Shown in pieces: positions 1 to 11,738 of a stretch of 64,000 nt of DNA (its first letter is position 1; every line of letters starts with the position of its first letter). Below the pieces are notes generated by a model, which did no database searches, was not told the DNA's origin, and worked only from the letters and a program-made list of their open reading frames with translations. Origin of the DNA: Raja brachyura. Lineage: Eukaryota. The stretch covers positions 17,794,001 through 17,858,000 of the forward strand of contig OY740814.1 of assembly GCA_963514005.1 (NCBI GenBank), given 5' to 3'. A program made the translations under genes and the position numbers.

Positions 1-633
1 TTGCCTTCCTACAGTTGTGCGGAAGAACCAAGATGTGGTATCATTGAGGATTTTGTGGGATTGGTGCTGGTTGCCCTTGGGTGGAAATGGGGTATGGAAT
101 CGGATGAGCTGCAGCAATATCTAAATTGGCCATTCAAGGGCTTGAGGAAAATCACAAGCCCCGCAGCACGGAAGTCTGCTTCTGATCTTGTGCTCCTATC
201 TTCATGCCTGCCGCAAGTTGTAGCCGGAGGCATGGTATATTGTTCCCACAGTGGAGCTCATCCAGCCCTAAGGACTTTATGCTGATGACTTGACGATTGG
301 ATTTACTGCCTCTGAATCAACTTGCTATCCCAGACAGCGTGTGGGTGTGCAGAGTAGTGGCTGGAAGATTATGTGCTGCCTGCCTTCACTTCCTGTGTAT
401 TTTTATAAGTCACTGATTCTTCTTGTTGTGGCTGGCGGCTGCTGAGCGTGGGATCTGAACGCAAGAGTGAGGCTTGGCTGAAACCCCTCATTAGCTGTGT
501 GTTGGTCAGCAGGGGACCCTGTCACCACTCCAGCTCGTTCTTAACTGGGTGGGAACAAGATTACCTCTCCTCCAAAGCCAAGCCCGTAATCCAGGGAATG
601 TAGCTCAATTTTGTGCATGTGGAAAATTGATCT

Positions 634-790
634 AGACACAAAATGCTGGAGTAACTCAGCGGGTGAGGCAGCATCTCTGGACAGAAGGAATGGGCGACAT
701 TTCAGGTCCCGGGATGCTGCCTCACCCGCTGAGTTGCTCCAGCATTTTTTGTCTACCTTTGATTTAAACCAGCATCTGCGGTTCTTTCTT
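634..790. mobile_element. Penelope-like element terminal remnant, inverted (palindromic) arrangement
   Basis: agacacaaaatgctggagtaactcagcgggtgaggcagcatc followed by its reverse complement gatgctgcctcacccgctgagttgctccagcattttttgtct. The same sequence follows the GIY-YIG remnant at 15940-16000. Confidence 0.7.
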
Positions 791-1019
791 ACGAATGTTA
801 AAATTTGATCTGCTGGGCTCTACAACTAAGGCATTTTGACTGGGTCCTTCATGACCTCAGGACGTCTAGAGATTCTTTACATCACGTGAGATTCTTTCTG
901 AAGTGCAGTTGTTGGCGTAATGTGGGAAATACAGCAGCCAGTTTTTAAGAAACATAAAGAAATTGATGGGATGATCATCACAATGATGCGGTGTTGCTTG
1001 AGTGCAGGTAGCTATTGGT

Positions 1020-1748
1020 GTTGATTCATTATTGTCACCTGTACGAAAATACAGTGAAACCCCTTTTTGCATGCTATCCAGTCAAATCATACTGTAATCA
1101 AATCATGGACAAATATAACCGAGCAAAGAGGAAAATAAACAGATTGCAAAATATAGTGTTGCAGGTACAGAGAAAGTGCAGACGAAAGAAGACACCAGGA
1201 CAGCAACTACCCCCTCAGTATATGAGAGGTCCAATCAGCGGTCGGATAACAGCAGGGAAGAAGCTGTTCCTAAATCTGGTGGGTGTTACATGCTTTCATT
1301 GTTTGTGGAGAGAAGGAATGGGTGGCGTTAAGTTGTCTCGACCCAAAACGTCACCCGTTCCTTCTCTCCAGAGATGCTGCCTGTCCCGCTGAGTTACTCC
1401 AGCGTTTTGTGTCTATCTTCAAATTAAACCAGCATCTGCAGTTCCTACCGACACACTTTGTTTGTGTGTTTGTATCTTCTGCCCAATCGGAGAAGGGAGA
1501 AACGGGAACGACAGGAGTTTAAACGGCTCTTTGATTGTGCTGGCAGCTTTCCCTCGGCAGCATGAAGTGCAGATGAGATCAATGAGGGGGGAAGCTGGAT
1601 TGCGTGATGAACTCCACAACACTCTGCGATTTCTTGGGGTCTTGGGCGGAGCAATTGATGTACCAAGCTGTGATGCATCTCTAGGATGCTTTCAACGGTG
1701 CATCTGTTGATGTTGGCAAGAGTTGTTGGGGACATGCCGAATTTCCTT
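1020..1748 (-). mobile_element. Rex1/Babar-like LINE 3' fragment, interrupted by a Penelope remnant
   Basis: ORF 1445-1735(-) MSPTTLANINRCTVESIL resembles the RT C-terminus of the 7645 copy. Tail gtgacaataa on the - strand at about 1030. Confidence 0.65.
1305..1450 (+). mobile_element. Penelope-like terminal remnant with short 5' inversion
   Basis: ggagagaaggaatgggtg...tctcgacccaaaacgtcacccgttccttctctccagagatgctgcc... Confidence 0.65.
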
Positions 1749-1749
1749 A

Positions 1750-1955
1750 AGGGCCTGTCCCACTTTCACAACCTAATTCACGACCTTTTTTGCTCGTGGA
1801 CAATTTTCATCAGGCTAGAAAAGAACGCCCCGACCTACTTGATGCCACGAGTACCTACGACTAGCATCACGGCCTCCTACGACCTCGTGACGACCATGCT
1901 GCAAGTATGAGTCAAGAGCAAACTCGGCAGAGGTCGTGAAAGTTGGACAGGCCCT
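1750..1955. mobile_element. PIF/Harbinger-like MITE
   Basis: TIR agggcctgtcccact / agttggacaggccct with TTA-like flank. Same family as 6211, 39024 and 50625. Confidence 0.7.
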
Positions 1956-2169
1956 TTGGTGGTCTGAAAGGAAGCAGCAATGGTGTGTATTCTGGGCCAT
2001 AGCATCAATATGGTTGGGCCAGGGCAAGTTATTAATGATTTATTTGCCTGGGAACTCCTCAGAGTATTGTGTTGACGTCTTCTGCGCCTAATTGAGAGAG
2101 CCTCTGGTTGAATATCTTGCCAGAAAGATGCTCTCTCTGATAGTGCAGCACTCTGTTGGTAGTGGTTAG

Positions 2170-2290
2170 AAACGTAGAAATTAGGTGCAGGAGTAGGCCA
2201 TTCGGCCCTTCGAGCCTGCACCGCCACTCAATATGATCATGGCTGATCATCCAACTCAGTATCCCGTACCTGCCTTCCCTCCATACCCCA
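2170..2290 (-). mobile_element. CR1-type LINE 3' end fragment
   Basis: gcaggagtaggccattcggcccttcgagcctgcaccgcc...atcatggctgatc; similar to 61545-61656. Confidence 0.6.
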
Positions 2291-2469
2291 GGTTCTTAGA
2301 CTCTGGAAAAGGATTAGAAACTGCAAGCTTCTGATTCAGATGAAAGTGCAATCTACTGTTGAATGAACGATGCAGTTTCATTTTGACCGCTGGGGGGTGG
2401 GGGGGGGGTAGTTTGATTACCCAATAGGAATGCTGAGCTTGGAATCTGTAACCCTGAAAAGATATCCTC

Positions 2470-2730
2470 TGGGGCAGCGTTGGTCAAAGTAGTCAGAGGG
2501 GAGACAGCGAGGGGTTCGGGAGCCCCCCAACCACGGGTGAACAGCAGACAACAACAGAGGAGGATGACTGAACTTTGGTGCCCTCCATCAGTGGGAAACT
2601 TTGATTCCGCTGTGTGGGAATGTCTATGTTAAAGACTTATCATGTTCTGTGCTCTTTTTTTATTCGTATGGCTGTATGGTGACCACACATTTCACTGTAC
2701 CAATCGGTACATGTCTCTTGTCTCTTGTCT
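2470..2730 (+). mobile_element. Non-LTR retroposon 3' end (Rex-like tail), related to 9820-9970
   Basis: Shared cagtgggaaactttgatt...tattcgtatggctgtatggtgacc...tttcactgtaccaat.ggtacatgt with a tcttg tail. Confidence 0.55.
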
Positions 2731-3389
2731 TGGAATTCAAGGATTGCTTTCCTTTTTATTTCTGTGAATGTTTAAATAGATTGCTTATAAACACATTGGG
2801 AGGGGAGAGTGAGGAGTTGTATGATAAAATGATCAGGAAACTATGCAGCTATAAATATAGATCCAAACATTCCAACTACCAAATAGAGTAGAGTTTTGAC
2901 CAACATGTTTTATTTAGCCGAATGCTATAATTTTATCTCCGGATGCTACGATGTGTTCTGTTTGTTTTGATGACTCTTGCATCAGTCCTGTTCACTGGAG
3001 AAGCACTTCCTGCTTTGGGGATGGCCTAACTAACGGGTGGCTCGCTTGCTTTGAAGTTCTGTTTATGTCATTTCCTGCCGCCTCGAGGAGTGCTTCCTGT
3101 GACTGTAAGAAGTAACCAATAGCTATTGTGTTTGAACAGCGGGATTATTTCGATGCCCGATGGGGGTGAAATAGCAGGAGGTGGGCAGCAGAGATTTCCC
3201 CTCTGAACGTGCTTCCAGTGTAGTGCCCTTGTGAAAGGAAGGAGTTGGTGGCTACTTACACTTCCTGCTGTTGGCAGGTTTATATCCTTAACATGATCAG
3301 GTTTTTAAATAAGAAACAAACATTTCTTGCTATAATCCAAAGCTAATTTTGGCAGTGATACCAGACTCCTCCCAAACAGTAGAAAGTAA

Positions 3390-3500
3390 CAAGTAACTGC
3401 AGATGCTGGTTTATAAAAAAAAAGTCACAAAGTACTGGAGTAACTCTGAGTCAGGAAGCATCTCTGGAAAACATGGATAGGTGACATTTTGGGTCACATC
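3390..3500 (-). mobile_element. Penelope-like terminal remnant
   Basis: aactgcagatgctggttt...ctggagtaactc...gcatctctggaaaacatggataggtgacatttt. Confidence 0.6.
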
Positions 3501-3865
3501 AACTTCCTTCCAGTAGGTGGTTGACGTGAGAGCTGAGGTTGGTGGATGATCTGGGTAAGGGTATCTCTAGATATGGGATGGTAGGACAGACACAACTACC
3601 CAGTTGTGAAAACTCTTTCGTTCGTGGGTTTGTGATGTGGCTTTGGTCAGTGTGTGGTCAGCGTGAGCGTTGTCCATGATGGCGAGAGGCTGCTGGGGTT
3701 TGTCCTGCCTCAATAGTGTGCCTCATCTAATTGGCTAGTTAGCATTGATTTTGTTGTATGTCCAAAGCTGTTTGGCACTGAGGACAATTAACAGCAGAGG
3801 GCATAGATGTAAAGTAATTGGTGGAAGGAGTAGAAAAACCATGGAATTTTGTTTTCAACCAGTTT

Positions 3866-4110
3866 TTAGAAAAAGAGCAGATAGTCATACAGTGATACAG
3901 CTTGGAAACAGGCCCTTTTGCCCAACTTGCCCACACTGGCCAACATGTCCCAGCTACACTTGTCCCACCTGCCTGTGTTTGGTCCATATCCCTCCAAAAT
4001 GGTCCTATCAATGTACGTGTCTAACTGTTTCTTAAACATTGTGATAGTCCTAGCCTCGACTACCTCCTCTGGCAGCTTGTTCCATACACCCACCACCCTT
4101 TGTGTGGAAA
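3866..4110 (-). mobile_element. HER1/CR1 LINE 3' fragment
   Basis: ORF (-) VGVWNKLPEEVVEARTITMFKKQLDTY is the CR1 ORF2 C-terminal motif; CR1 tail aagggcctgtttcc. Confidence 0.8.
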
Positions 4111-4274
4111 NNNNNNNNNNNNNNNNNNNNNNNNNNNNNNNNNNNNNNNNNNNNNNNNNNNNNNNNNNNNNNNNNNNNNNNNNNNNNNNNNNNNNNNNNN
4201 NNNNNNNNNNNNNNNNNNNNNNNNNNNNNNNNNNNNNNNNNNNNNNNNNNNNNNNNNNNNNNNNNNNNNNNNNN
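4111..4274. other. Assembly gap (164 N)
   Basis: Run of N flanked by two LINE fragments. Confidence 0.99.
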
Positions 4275-4570
4275 AGGCTGTTATAGTTCAGAGTTTGTTT
4301 GAAGTTGTGTTTAATAGTCCGATGGCTGTGGGGAAGAAGCCGTTCCTGAACCTGGATGTTGCAGGTTTCAGGCTCCTGTACCTTCTACCTGAAGGCAGCG
4401 GAGAGATGAGTGTGTGGCCAGGATGGTGTGGACCTTGATGATGCTGGCAGCCTTTTTGAGGCAGCGACTGCGATAGATCCCCCCGACGGTAGGGAGGTCA
4501 GAGCCGATGATGGACTGGGCAGTGTTTACAACATTTTGCAGCCTTTTCCGCTCCTGGGCGTTCGGGTTGC
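4275..4570 (-). mobile_element. Rex1/Babar-like LINE fragment
   Basis: Reverse-complement match to about 7795-8090 (GPHHPGHTLISPLPSGRRYRSLK). Confidence 0.8.
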
Positions 4571-5877
4571 CCCGTTATGAATTGCTTGCCGGCCACAATC
4601 AGAAAAAAAATGGACGGCCCAACTTCTTAAATACAGATACCCCTGCTAATGTGGGGCTTTTTACCCCCTTCATCTGAATAATACAGGACTAGCAGGATCA
4701 ACACCCATTTCTACCTGACTCCTATCCAGTGCAACGCTTCCTCCGTAGACAGCAGAGCCTGACCGTATCTCTGCTGCTTCCTGCAATTGCATTTCCTGCA
4801 CCACATTTGGAGTGGAGAGTGGCCACTAAAGTGGAGAGTGGCTGTCGTCTACACCGGTGATGTTGTCTCCCGGAAAGAAGTGGAAGGAAAATTAGGAAAC
4901 AAGTTTGTTCCTTTTGCAGAGCGTTAGAAGATGATAAGTTCAAAGCAGTTTTATTTTGAATAAGCAGTGAACTCTGGTCCTAGCTGCTCCTGTTTGAAGT
5001 ATTTCAATGGAGCAGATTTTCTGTGTGTGTGTGTTTATTTTACCAACACTTTTAATGTCTAAATTAAGCGCTGGCTTTTTAAACATGTTAAAAATAGTGC
5101 TATTGAACAGTTAACTGCTGATTGCAGTGCTGACTGGTTTAATGATTGGCCAAATTGTTGCCACGGCCTTTTGAAAGTGGTGTTACATGTGTCCGGTGCA
5201 ATGCCTGTTGTGGGTTAGATTCCAGCAGCACGCTCTCCCTCGCACTGACGTGCCCCCGATCAGACCCCCTCTGCTCCCGCTCCACTGCTGATGCCAAGTG
5301 CCACCTGTTCCTCCACCTCCTGACTCGAGTTATTTGGCTCAATCCCCTCCCCCAGCCCCCTAACCCACCAAACCCCAGTGTGGAATTAAACTTTTATTTT
5401 TAAAAAGCAATTTGCTAGCATTACGGCAAATTCTTTTCCACTGGTTATTCGCCTCTTGAGGGTCCCGTGAGCACAGTAAGCTTTTGGTGGAAGAAAATTT
5501 AATATATTCAGAGGTCTTGCATGTCTGCCACTTTAATAGCAGCACGAACCCGAGTTATGTCAGCACACTGCATTAAAATCGTGGAGAAGGTTGTCCTGCA
5601 GTGCATTGTGCTCCTTGACTGATGTATCTAGTCTTGCATGTTTCTGAAATAAAACACGACAGCAGCCTTTCAGCCATCTGGCTCATGCCATCGCTCGTGG
5701 ACCAGTGTGATTTAAGTTAATCATAGAAGGGTTAAAGGAGACATGAGGGTGCAGTGAAAGGCTGGTGAGAAAACATTCATTCTAAGTAGAAAAATGTCTG
5801 GATGAGAACTTGAAAAGCTATAATTTACCAAGTTGTTCCTTCTGCCCCCCTTTATCTAACTTTCCCTTTTGACATTT

Positions 5878-6172
5878 GGGCGGCACAGTGGCGCAGCGGT
5901 AGAGTTGCTGCCTTACAGTCCCAGAGACCCAGGTTCGATCCTGACTAGGGGTGCAGTCTGTATGTAGTTTGTACCTTCTGTCTGTGACCACGTGGGTTTT
6001 CTCCGGGTGCTCCGGTTTCCTCCCACACTCCAAAGACGTACAGGTTTGTAGGTTAATTGGCTTCTGTAAATTGTCCCTAGTGTCTAGGGTAGTACTTGTA
6101 TATGGGATGATTGCTGGTTGACGCAGACTCGGTGGGCCAAAGGGCCTGTTTCAGTGCTGTATGTCTAAAGTT
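5878..6172 (+). mobile_element. HE1/V-SINE (tRNA-derived), full length
   Basis: A-box gtggcgcagcgg, B-box ggttcgatcc, V-domain gtgggttttctccgggtgctccggtttcctcccaca, CR1-like tail aagggcctgtttc. Confidence 0.85.
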
Positions 6173-6210
6173 TAAATACCTGTATGTTGTGTGCACCACA
6201 ACTACGCTTA

Positions 6211-6427
6211 AAGGCCTGTCCCACATTCACAATACTCGTGGACATTTTTCATCATGTTGAAAAAATGCCCCGACCTACTTGATGCCACGAGTACCTACGA
6301 CTAGCATCACTGCCTGCTACGACCTACCTACGACCTCCTACGACCTCGTGACAACCATGCTGCGAGTATGTCAAGGGCAAATTCAGCAGAGGTCGTGAAT
6401 TAGGTCGCGAAAGTGGGACAGGACCTT
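6211..6427. mobile_element. PIF/Harbinger-like MITE
   Basis: TIR aggcctgtcccac / gtgggacaggacct; internal cctacga repeats shared with the 1750 copy. Confidence 0.7.
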
Positions 6428-7466
6428 TAATCATCATTTTGGATTTTGCATTTATTTTTCCAAGTTTTCTCTTAATAATTGCAATTTTTGTGGCGATGGA
6501 GTCTATATTTGATGAAAGTGAACTTCACAATAACTGATCCAATCCTTCGATAATTGATAAACATTGTTTGGTGTGGCTGGAAGTTTATGCATGCCATCTC
6601 ATTGTAAATTATGGATCTTTTAGGATCTGGGATCTTTTAGGATCTTATTTTTCTCGCTCTCCACCTTTGTAAAGTATAATGGAGACTAATTTACCCATCA
6701 GCTGTAGTGGTTGAGAAATGGCTCTATACTGGGCATGGGAGTTCAGCAGGCATTCCGCATGGTCGCTAAATGCTTTATCTATTCCTGTACATAATGGGTA
6801 AGGTGGCCCTCTATTCCATAATATAGACCTGTTTCACTTTTCTCCTTGGCGATCCCAATTTTAATGAGAATTCCATGTGCATCAGCTCAGTAGTGAACAA
6901 TGTGGAGCAGTGTTTTCAGCTTTGTGGCGAGTGCTGTCAGCCCTTCCAGATTCCTGCTTTGGAGACCTGAAGATATCTAACCCAGGTTGGTACCCCAGTG
7001 ACTATTGCATTGCACCGATGCTCCCCCAGTGCTTTCAAGGCTGTAAAGCCGTAAGTTTGGCCTCAGTTCATGAAAAAGATTATAAAAGTGCACGGTCTTT
7101 AAAAAGTTAGCAGTTGGATCAAAGATTTTCCATAGTTGTTAATGTGTCTCTGATTTCAGAGTGCTTGCTATATTATCCACCGTGTCAAATTATTTTGGGG
7201 GACTTAAAAAGTGCACGTTGTCAATCTTTGCAGCTGTTTTTGTCTGCAATAACATTGAATAAATGCTGGAGATCCCTGGAGCCTCCGTTTTAATGAGCTT
7301 GCATCGTGTTGCATGTGTGGCCGTTAATTTTATTTGTGTGTTTTGACCAGTAGCAAACAGCAACGTTTCAGCTACCAATTTCCTTTTTCCTCTTTTGAAG
7401 CTGTTTGTAAGAATTCTAGCTAAGCACATCAGCTGTAACACTCCTCGTAGCGGCCTCCTTGACAAT

Positions 7467-8395
7467 GGGTCGCACAGAGGCGCCGCACAGTGCCCGGGAC
7501 CCGAATTTGATCCTGACCTCGGGTGCTGACTGTACGGTGTTTGTACATTCTCCCTGTGACCGCGTGGGTTTCCTCTGTGTGCTCTGGTTTCCTCCCACAT
7601 ACCAAAAATCATGCGGGTTTATGGGTTGATTATCTTCTGTAATACCCAGCACACTGATGCAATCATAAAGAAAGCACATCAGCGCCTCTGCTTCCTGAGA
7701 AGATTACGGACAGTCGGTTTGTCAAGGAGGACTCTCTCGAACTTCTACAGGTGCACAGTAGAGTGCATGCTGACCGGTTGCATCGTGGCTTGGTTCGGCA
7801 ACCTGAGCGTCCGGGAACAGAAAAGGCTGCAAAAAGTCGTAAACACTGCCCAGCTCATCATCAGTTCTGACCTCCCTACCATCGAGGGGATCTATCGCAG
7901 TCGTTGCCTCAAAAAGGCTGCCAGCATCATCAAGGACCCACACCATCCTGGCCACACACTCATCTCTCCATTGCCATCGGGTAGAAGGTACAGGAGCCTG
8001 AAATCTGCAACATCCAGGTTCAGGAACAGCTTCTTCCCCACAGCCATCAGCCTATTAAACACAACTTCAAACAAACTATAAACTATAACAAACTATTGCA
8101 CTTTATCTGTTTACTGATGTGTGTATATATATATTCTATGGTATATGGTCACACTGATCTGATCTGTATTTATGACTACAATATCCTGTTGTGCTGCAGC
8201 AAATGCAAGAATGTCATTGTCCTATCTGGGGCACATGACAATAAACTCTCTTGACTCACTTGACTTGACTCTTGTAATATTGCCCTTGGTGTGTAGGGAG
8301 TGGATAGAAAGTAAGATAACATAGCCCTAGTGTGCATTGGTGATCGATGGTTGTGGTGGGCTTGGTGCGCTGAAGGGCCTGTTTCCATTCTAAAA
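7467..8395 (+). mobile_element. HE1/V-SINE split by a Rex1 insertion
   Basis: SINE head and V-domain at 7467-7644; SINE 3' half resumes at 8273. Confidence 0.75.
7645..8272 (+). mobile_element. Rex1/Babar-like LINE, 5'-truncated, 7-bp TSD
   Basis: ORF KKAHQRLCFLRRL...NFYRCTVECMLTGCIVAWFG...RRYRSLKSATSRFRNSFFPTAI; tail gacaataaa + (ttgac)n; TSD tgtaata at 7638-7644 and 8273-8279. Confidence 0.85.
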
Positions 8396-9081
8396 TGGAA
8401 ATACAAACGATTGGGTCAGTTTGCACTCAGTTTCTATATGTGTGTGGCTGCGTGTGGCACTCTATTCAGTGTCATCTTCAGGGCAACATTAAAATGAGGA
8501 ACTATCTTTGCACCGATTATTAACAGACTTCCATTTGTTTACAGGAAGAGGTACTTTTTTAACCTATACCCCTGCTAAACATGTTCCTGTGCACATGGTT
8601 CACCAACATCTACTTTGGGCAGGTTTCAGCTGTTAGCCAAGGGCATGCGTGTGATTTAAGCCTTAAGTTTTTGTCTGGCTGGCGAGAGAAGATGAAAGAG
8701 GCTGTGGTACTCTCCCATGAGGCTCATTGGGGCAATTCTAGTTCCATGGAATGGATTGTTACTTCTCAGCCAAGTCCATGGTCAGCTGCCAGGATTCAAG
8801 GGGCTCACAGAGAATGGGATTGGGGTACATTTTCACAAGACAGGTTCAGAAGAACTATCCCCAGCATTTCTACCAGTCAACCAGACGAAACAGTAGGCTT
8901 TTATTTAAAGATCAGCCATTGGCACGGCAGGTTATGTTTGTAAAAGCTGTGGACTGCCCGGTCCAAAAGCGGATGGGCGGTGACTCAAGGTCTGAATGGT
9001 TGGCACGAGCCACTTGTAGGTATTGGATTCACACAGACTCCTGCAACAGACAAACATGCTGGTAACATGGAGAATAAAAGC

Positions 9082-10130
9082 AAAGGAAGTAATGAGGAAT
9101 GATTTCAAAACTGAAAGAATGCAAGGACAGCAAACCAATGAGCAGACAAAAATGATTGGTGGCAGGGGATGAACAGAGTGAGCAAGTGAAAAAAGGAGAG
9201 AGAGAGAGAAAGAACGGCAGAGAGGGAGAACGAGAGAGGGAGACAAGATAAGAGACATTTATTGTCACATGTACCAATTGGTACAGTGAAATTTGGGGTC
9301 ACCATACAGCCATACGAATAATAAAGAACACAACACACGATCTTTACAAGGTCAATTTCTGCAGTAGTTTGTAAGGTCCCATGTCAGCATTCAGCCTTGT
9401 AAACCTGCACGTAAGCTGCAGTCTTGGCTCCAGTAAAGCACCAAGTAGCACAAATATTTCTCTTTTCTCTCATTTTCTCCATTTTGTTCTCGTTTTTTCT
9501 TCTCTCCTTTTCTCTCTTTCCCTCAAATCTCTTTCCCTCAAATATCTCTCTCTCTCTCTCGCTCGATCTCTCTTTCTCTCTCGCTCGATCTCTCTTTCTC
9601 TCGCTCGATCTCTCTTTCTCTCGCTCGATCTCTCTTTCTCTCGCTCGATCTCTCTTTCTCTCGCTCGATCTCTCTCTCGCTCGATCTCTCTCTCGCTCGT
9701 TCTCTCTCTCGCTCGTTCTCTCTCTCGTTCTTTCTCTCTCTCTCGTTCTTTCTCTCTCTCTCGTTCTTTCTCGCACGTTCTTTCTCGCTCATTCTCCCTC
9801 TCTCGTTTGTGCCTTCCCTCACAGTGGGAAACTTTGATTCTGCTGTGTGGGGATGTTTGTGTTAAAGTCCATCGTGTGTTGTGTTCTTTATTATTCGTAT
9901 GGCTGTATGGTGACCCCAAATTTCACTGTACCAATTGGTACATGTGACAATAAATGTCTCTTGTCTTGTCTCCCTCTCTCGTTCTCCCTCTCTGCCGTTC
10001 TTTCTCTCTCTCTCTCCTTTTTTCACTTGCTCACTCTGTTCATCCCCTGCCACCAATCATTTTTGTCTGCTCATTGGTTTGCTGTCCTTGCATTCTTTCA
10101 GTTTTGAAATCATTCCTCATTACTTCCTTT
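9082..10130. repeat. Inverted duplication with 260-bp arms (9082-9341 / 9871-10130)
   Basis: Arms are reverse complements with one visible mismatch; 529-bp spacer. Confidence 0.9.
9545..9805 (+). repeat. CT-rich minisatellite (unit tcgctcgatctctctttctc) grading into (CT)n
   Basis: About five near-exact 20-bp units at 9559-9670, then degenerate units. Confidence 0.9.
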
Positions 10131-11259
10131 CACATCCGATGTCCTTTCTCTTTTGTGCTTCCTGTAGCATCCTGACTAATCCTAGTCCCAGTTATTTGCA
10201 GTGGGTGAGGGGCTCACAGGTGGGGATGTTTGTCTGGAAGAAGACTGAATGGCTGCTTAGAAGCCTGATTCTTCAACACTGGGACAAAGGAGGGGTGCAA
10301 GCTCTCTGCAGACCCAAGGTATTCAATGGAACCTGACAGGAGCCGAACATGGGTCAGCTTCAGATTTTAAACCTTTGGGCGCTGGATGTTTTTAGACAGC
10401 CCAGCTCTCCATAAATTAATGCATCACTTTAACATGTAATAGTCAATGTTTTTGTGGCTGTGGCCTTACAGTTCTGGGTTGAGTGGATATTTAGCAAGCC
10501 TGGGATTCTGGGCATCCACATATTATTTGCCAAGGTTATTTGGTGAAGGTTGCTCTGCTCACGACCTTGGTACAACATTCGTACACATGGTTAAGAGTGG
10601 CTGATATAAGGTAGGATGATCGCTGGATTGCAAGGGGACGATTTGCAACAATATCATAAAGATGAGGCCTAGATTTGATGATAGAATAAAGAAGCTATTG
10701 GTTTCACTTTTACTTTTAAATAAAAAAGGTTGATTATAGCTGATAAAAAGTTTTGAACTCTGGCCCAAATCTTCCAGACTTTGGGAATATCCAAGGGCAT
10801 GACTGAACCTTATAATTACGCAGCAATGTTGATAAACTTCTGGACTGTCACCATGACCTGTATTAGCATGCCTGGTGGTGTATCAAAACAGTGACTCCTT
10901 TCTCTCTCAAATTCTTTGAGAATGAAGGCTGCTTTCTGCCATCCCGAGGTGCAATAAGATGGCTCAGTTTCTCGCGGTTTGTAGAAACACAGATCTTGGA
11001 GAGCAGCAGGGGGACAATTCACCCAGTGGGCAAGCTGCAACAGGGAGAGGGCAGTGGCTATGACTCACCCAGGGGAGATTTGTTACTGTGTCATTTTTAC
11101 ATTCTTGTCATGATATCTTACTGGACTTGCCTTTCGAAGAGTCGGCAGTTCTGTGATGTGGGAAACATTCCAACCTTTTTAGGATATCGCTTTAAAAAGC
11201 AACGTGATCATTCATTCTGTATAGTTTTGGTTGAGCGATTAAACATTGTCCAGGATTAT

Positions 11260-11447
11260 AAGTAAGTTTATTGGCCAAGTATTCACATACAAGGAATTTG
11301 CCTTGGTGCTCCGCCCACAAGTACCAACATGACATACAGTGACAGTTACTAATGACTCAGAAAACACTAAACATTAATAATAATAAAACATTAATGATAA
11401 AACACTATTGATCAAGCATGTGAACCAATAAAATACCAGATCAAAGG
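11260..11447 (-). mobile_element. Non-LTR retroposon 3' tail fragment
   Basis: - strand ends ...cttggccaataaacttactt (polyA signal plus short tandem tail). Confidence 0.45.
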
Positions 11448-11738
11448 TTATGAAGGGAATTCTGCTCATTGTTGAAATGTTGCCATGGGATTGTTGTCCC
11501 ATCTTGGGAGATGAAAGGGGTCCTCAGCTGAGCTTTTCCTCCAAAAGGGGCGCAGCTGGTAGAGCCTTGCACAGCGGCAACTCCTGGAATCGTCCACCTA
11601 AGCTCTGAATGTTCTGTCACTGAGTACATTCAATGTTGAGATAGATAGATGCTGTGACTCCAGAGAAACCAATAGATTGGGGATCAAGTGGGCAATTATT
11701 GATTGAAGTATAATATCAACCATGAGGGTACAGAAGGG

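Noticed and set aside
1-285. Acceptor-like ttcctacag|T at 14/15 in the SMAD3 intron-1 phase with an open frame (SCAEE...), considered as a SMAD2 exon-3-like cassette
   Set aside because: No strong in-phase donor and no real similarity to the SMAD2 insert beyond C-x-E.
3918-4438. ORFs spanning poly-X
   Set aside because: Artefacts of the N gap between LINE fragments.
5878-5950. tRNA-like A/B boxes
   Set aside because: Head of an HE1/V-SINE, not a tRNA gene; the same applies to the other copies.
7611-8081. 156-aa ORF as a host gene
   Set aside because: C-terminus of a 5'-truncated Rex1 reverse transcriptase.
9559-9670. Regular 20-bp repeats as a CRISPR-like array
   Set aside because: No unique spacers, eukaryotic context and no cas genes.
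9381-9947. Long SL-rich and ER-rich ORFs on both strands
   Set aside because: Translations of the CT/GA minisatellite.
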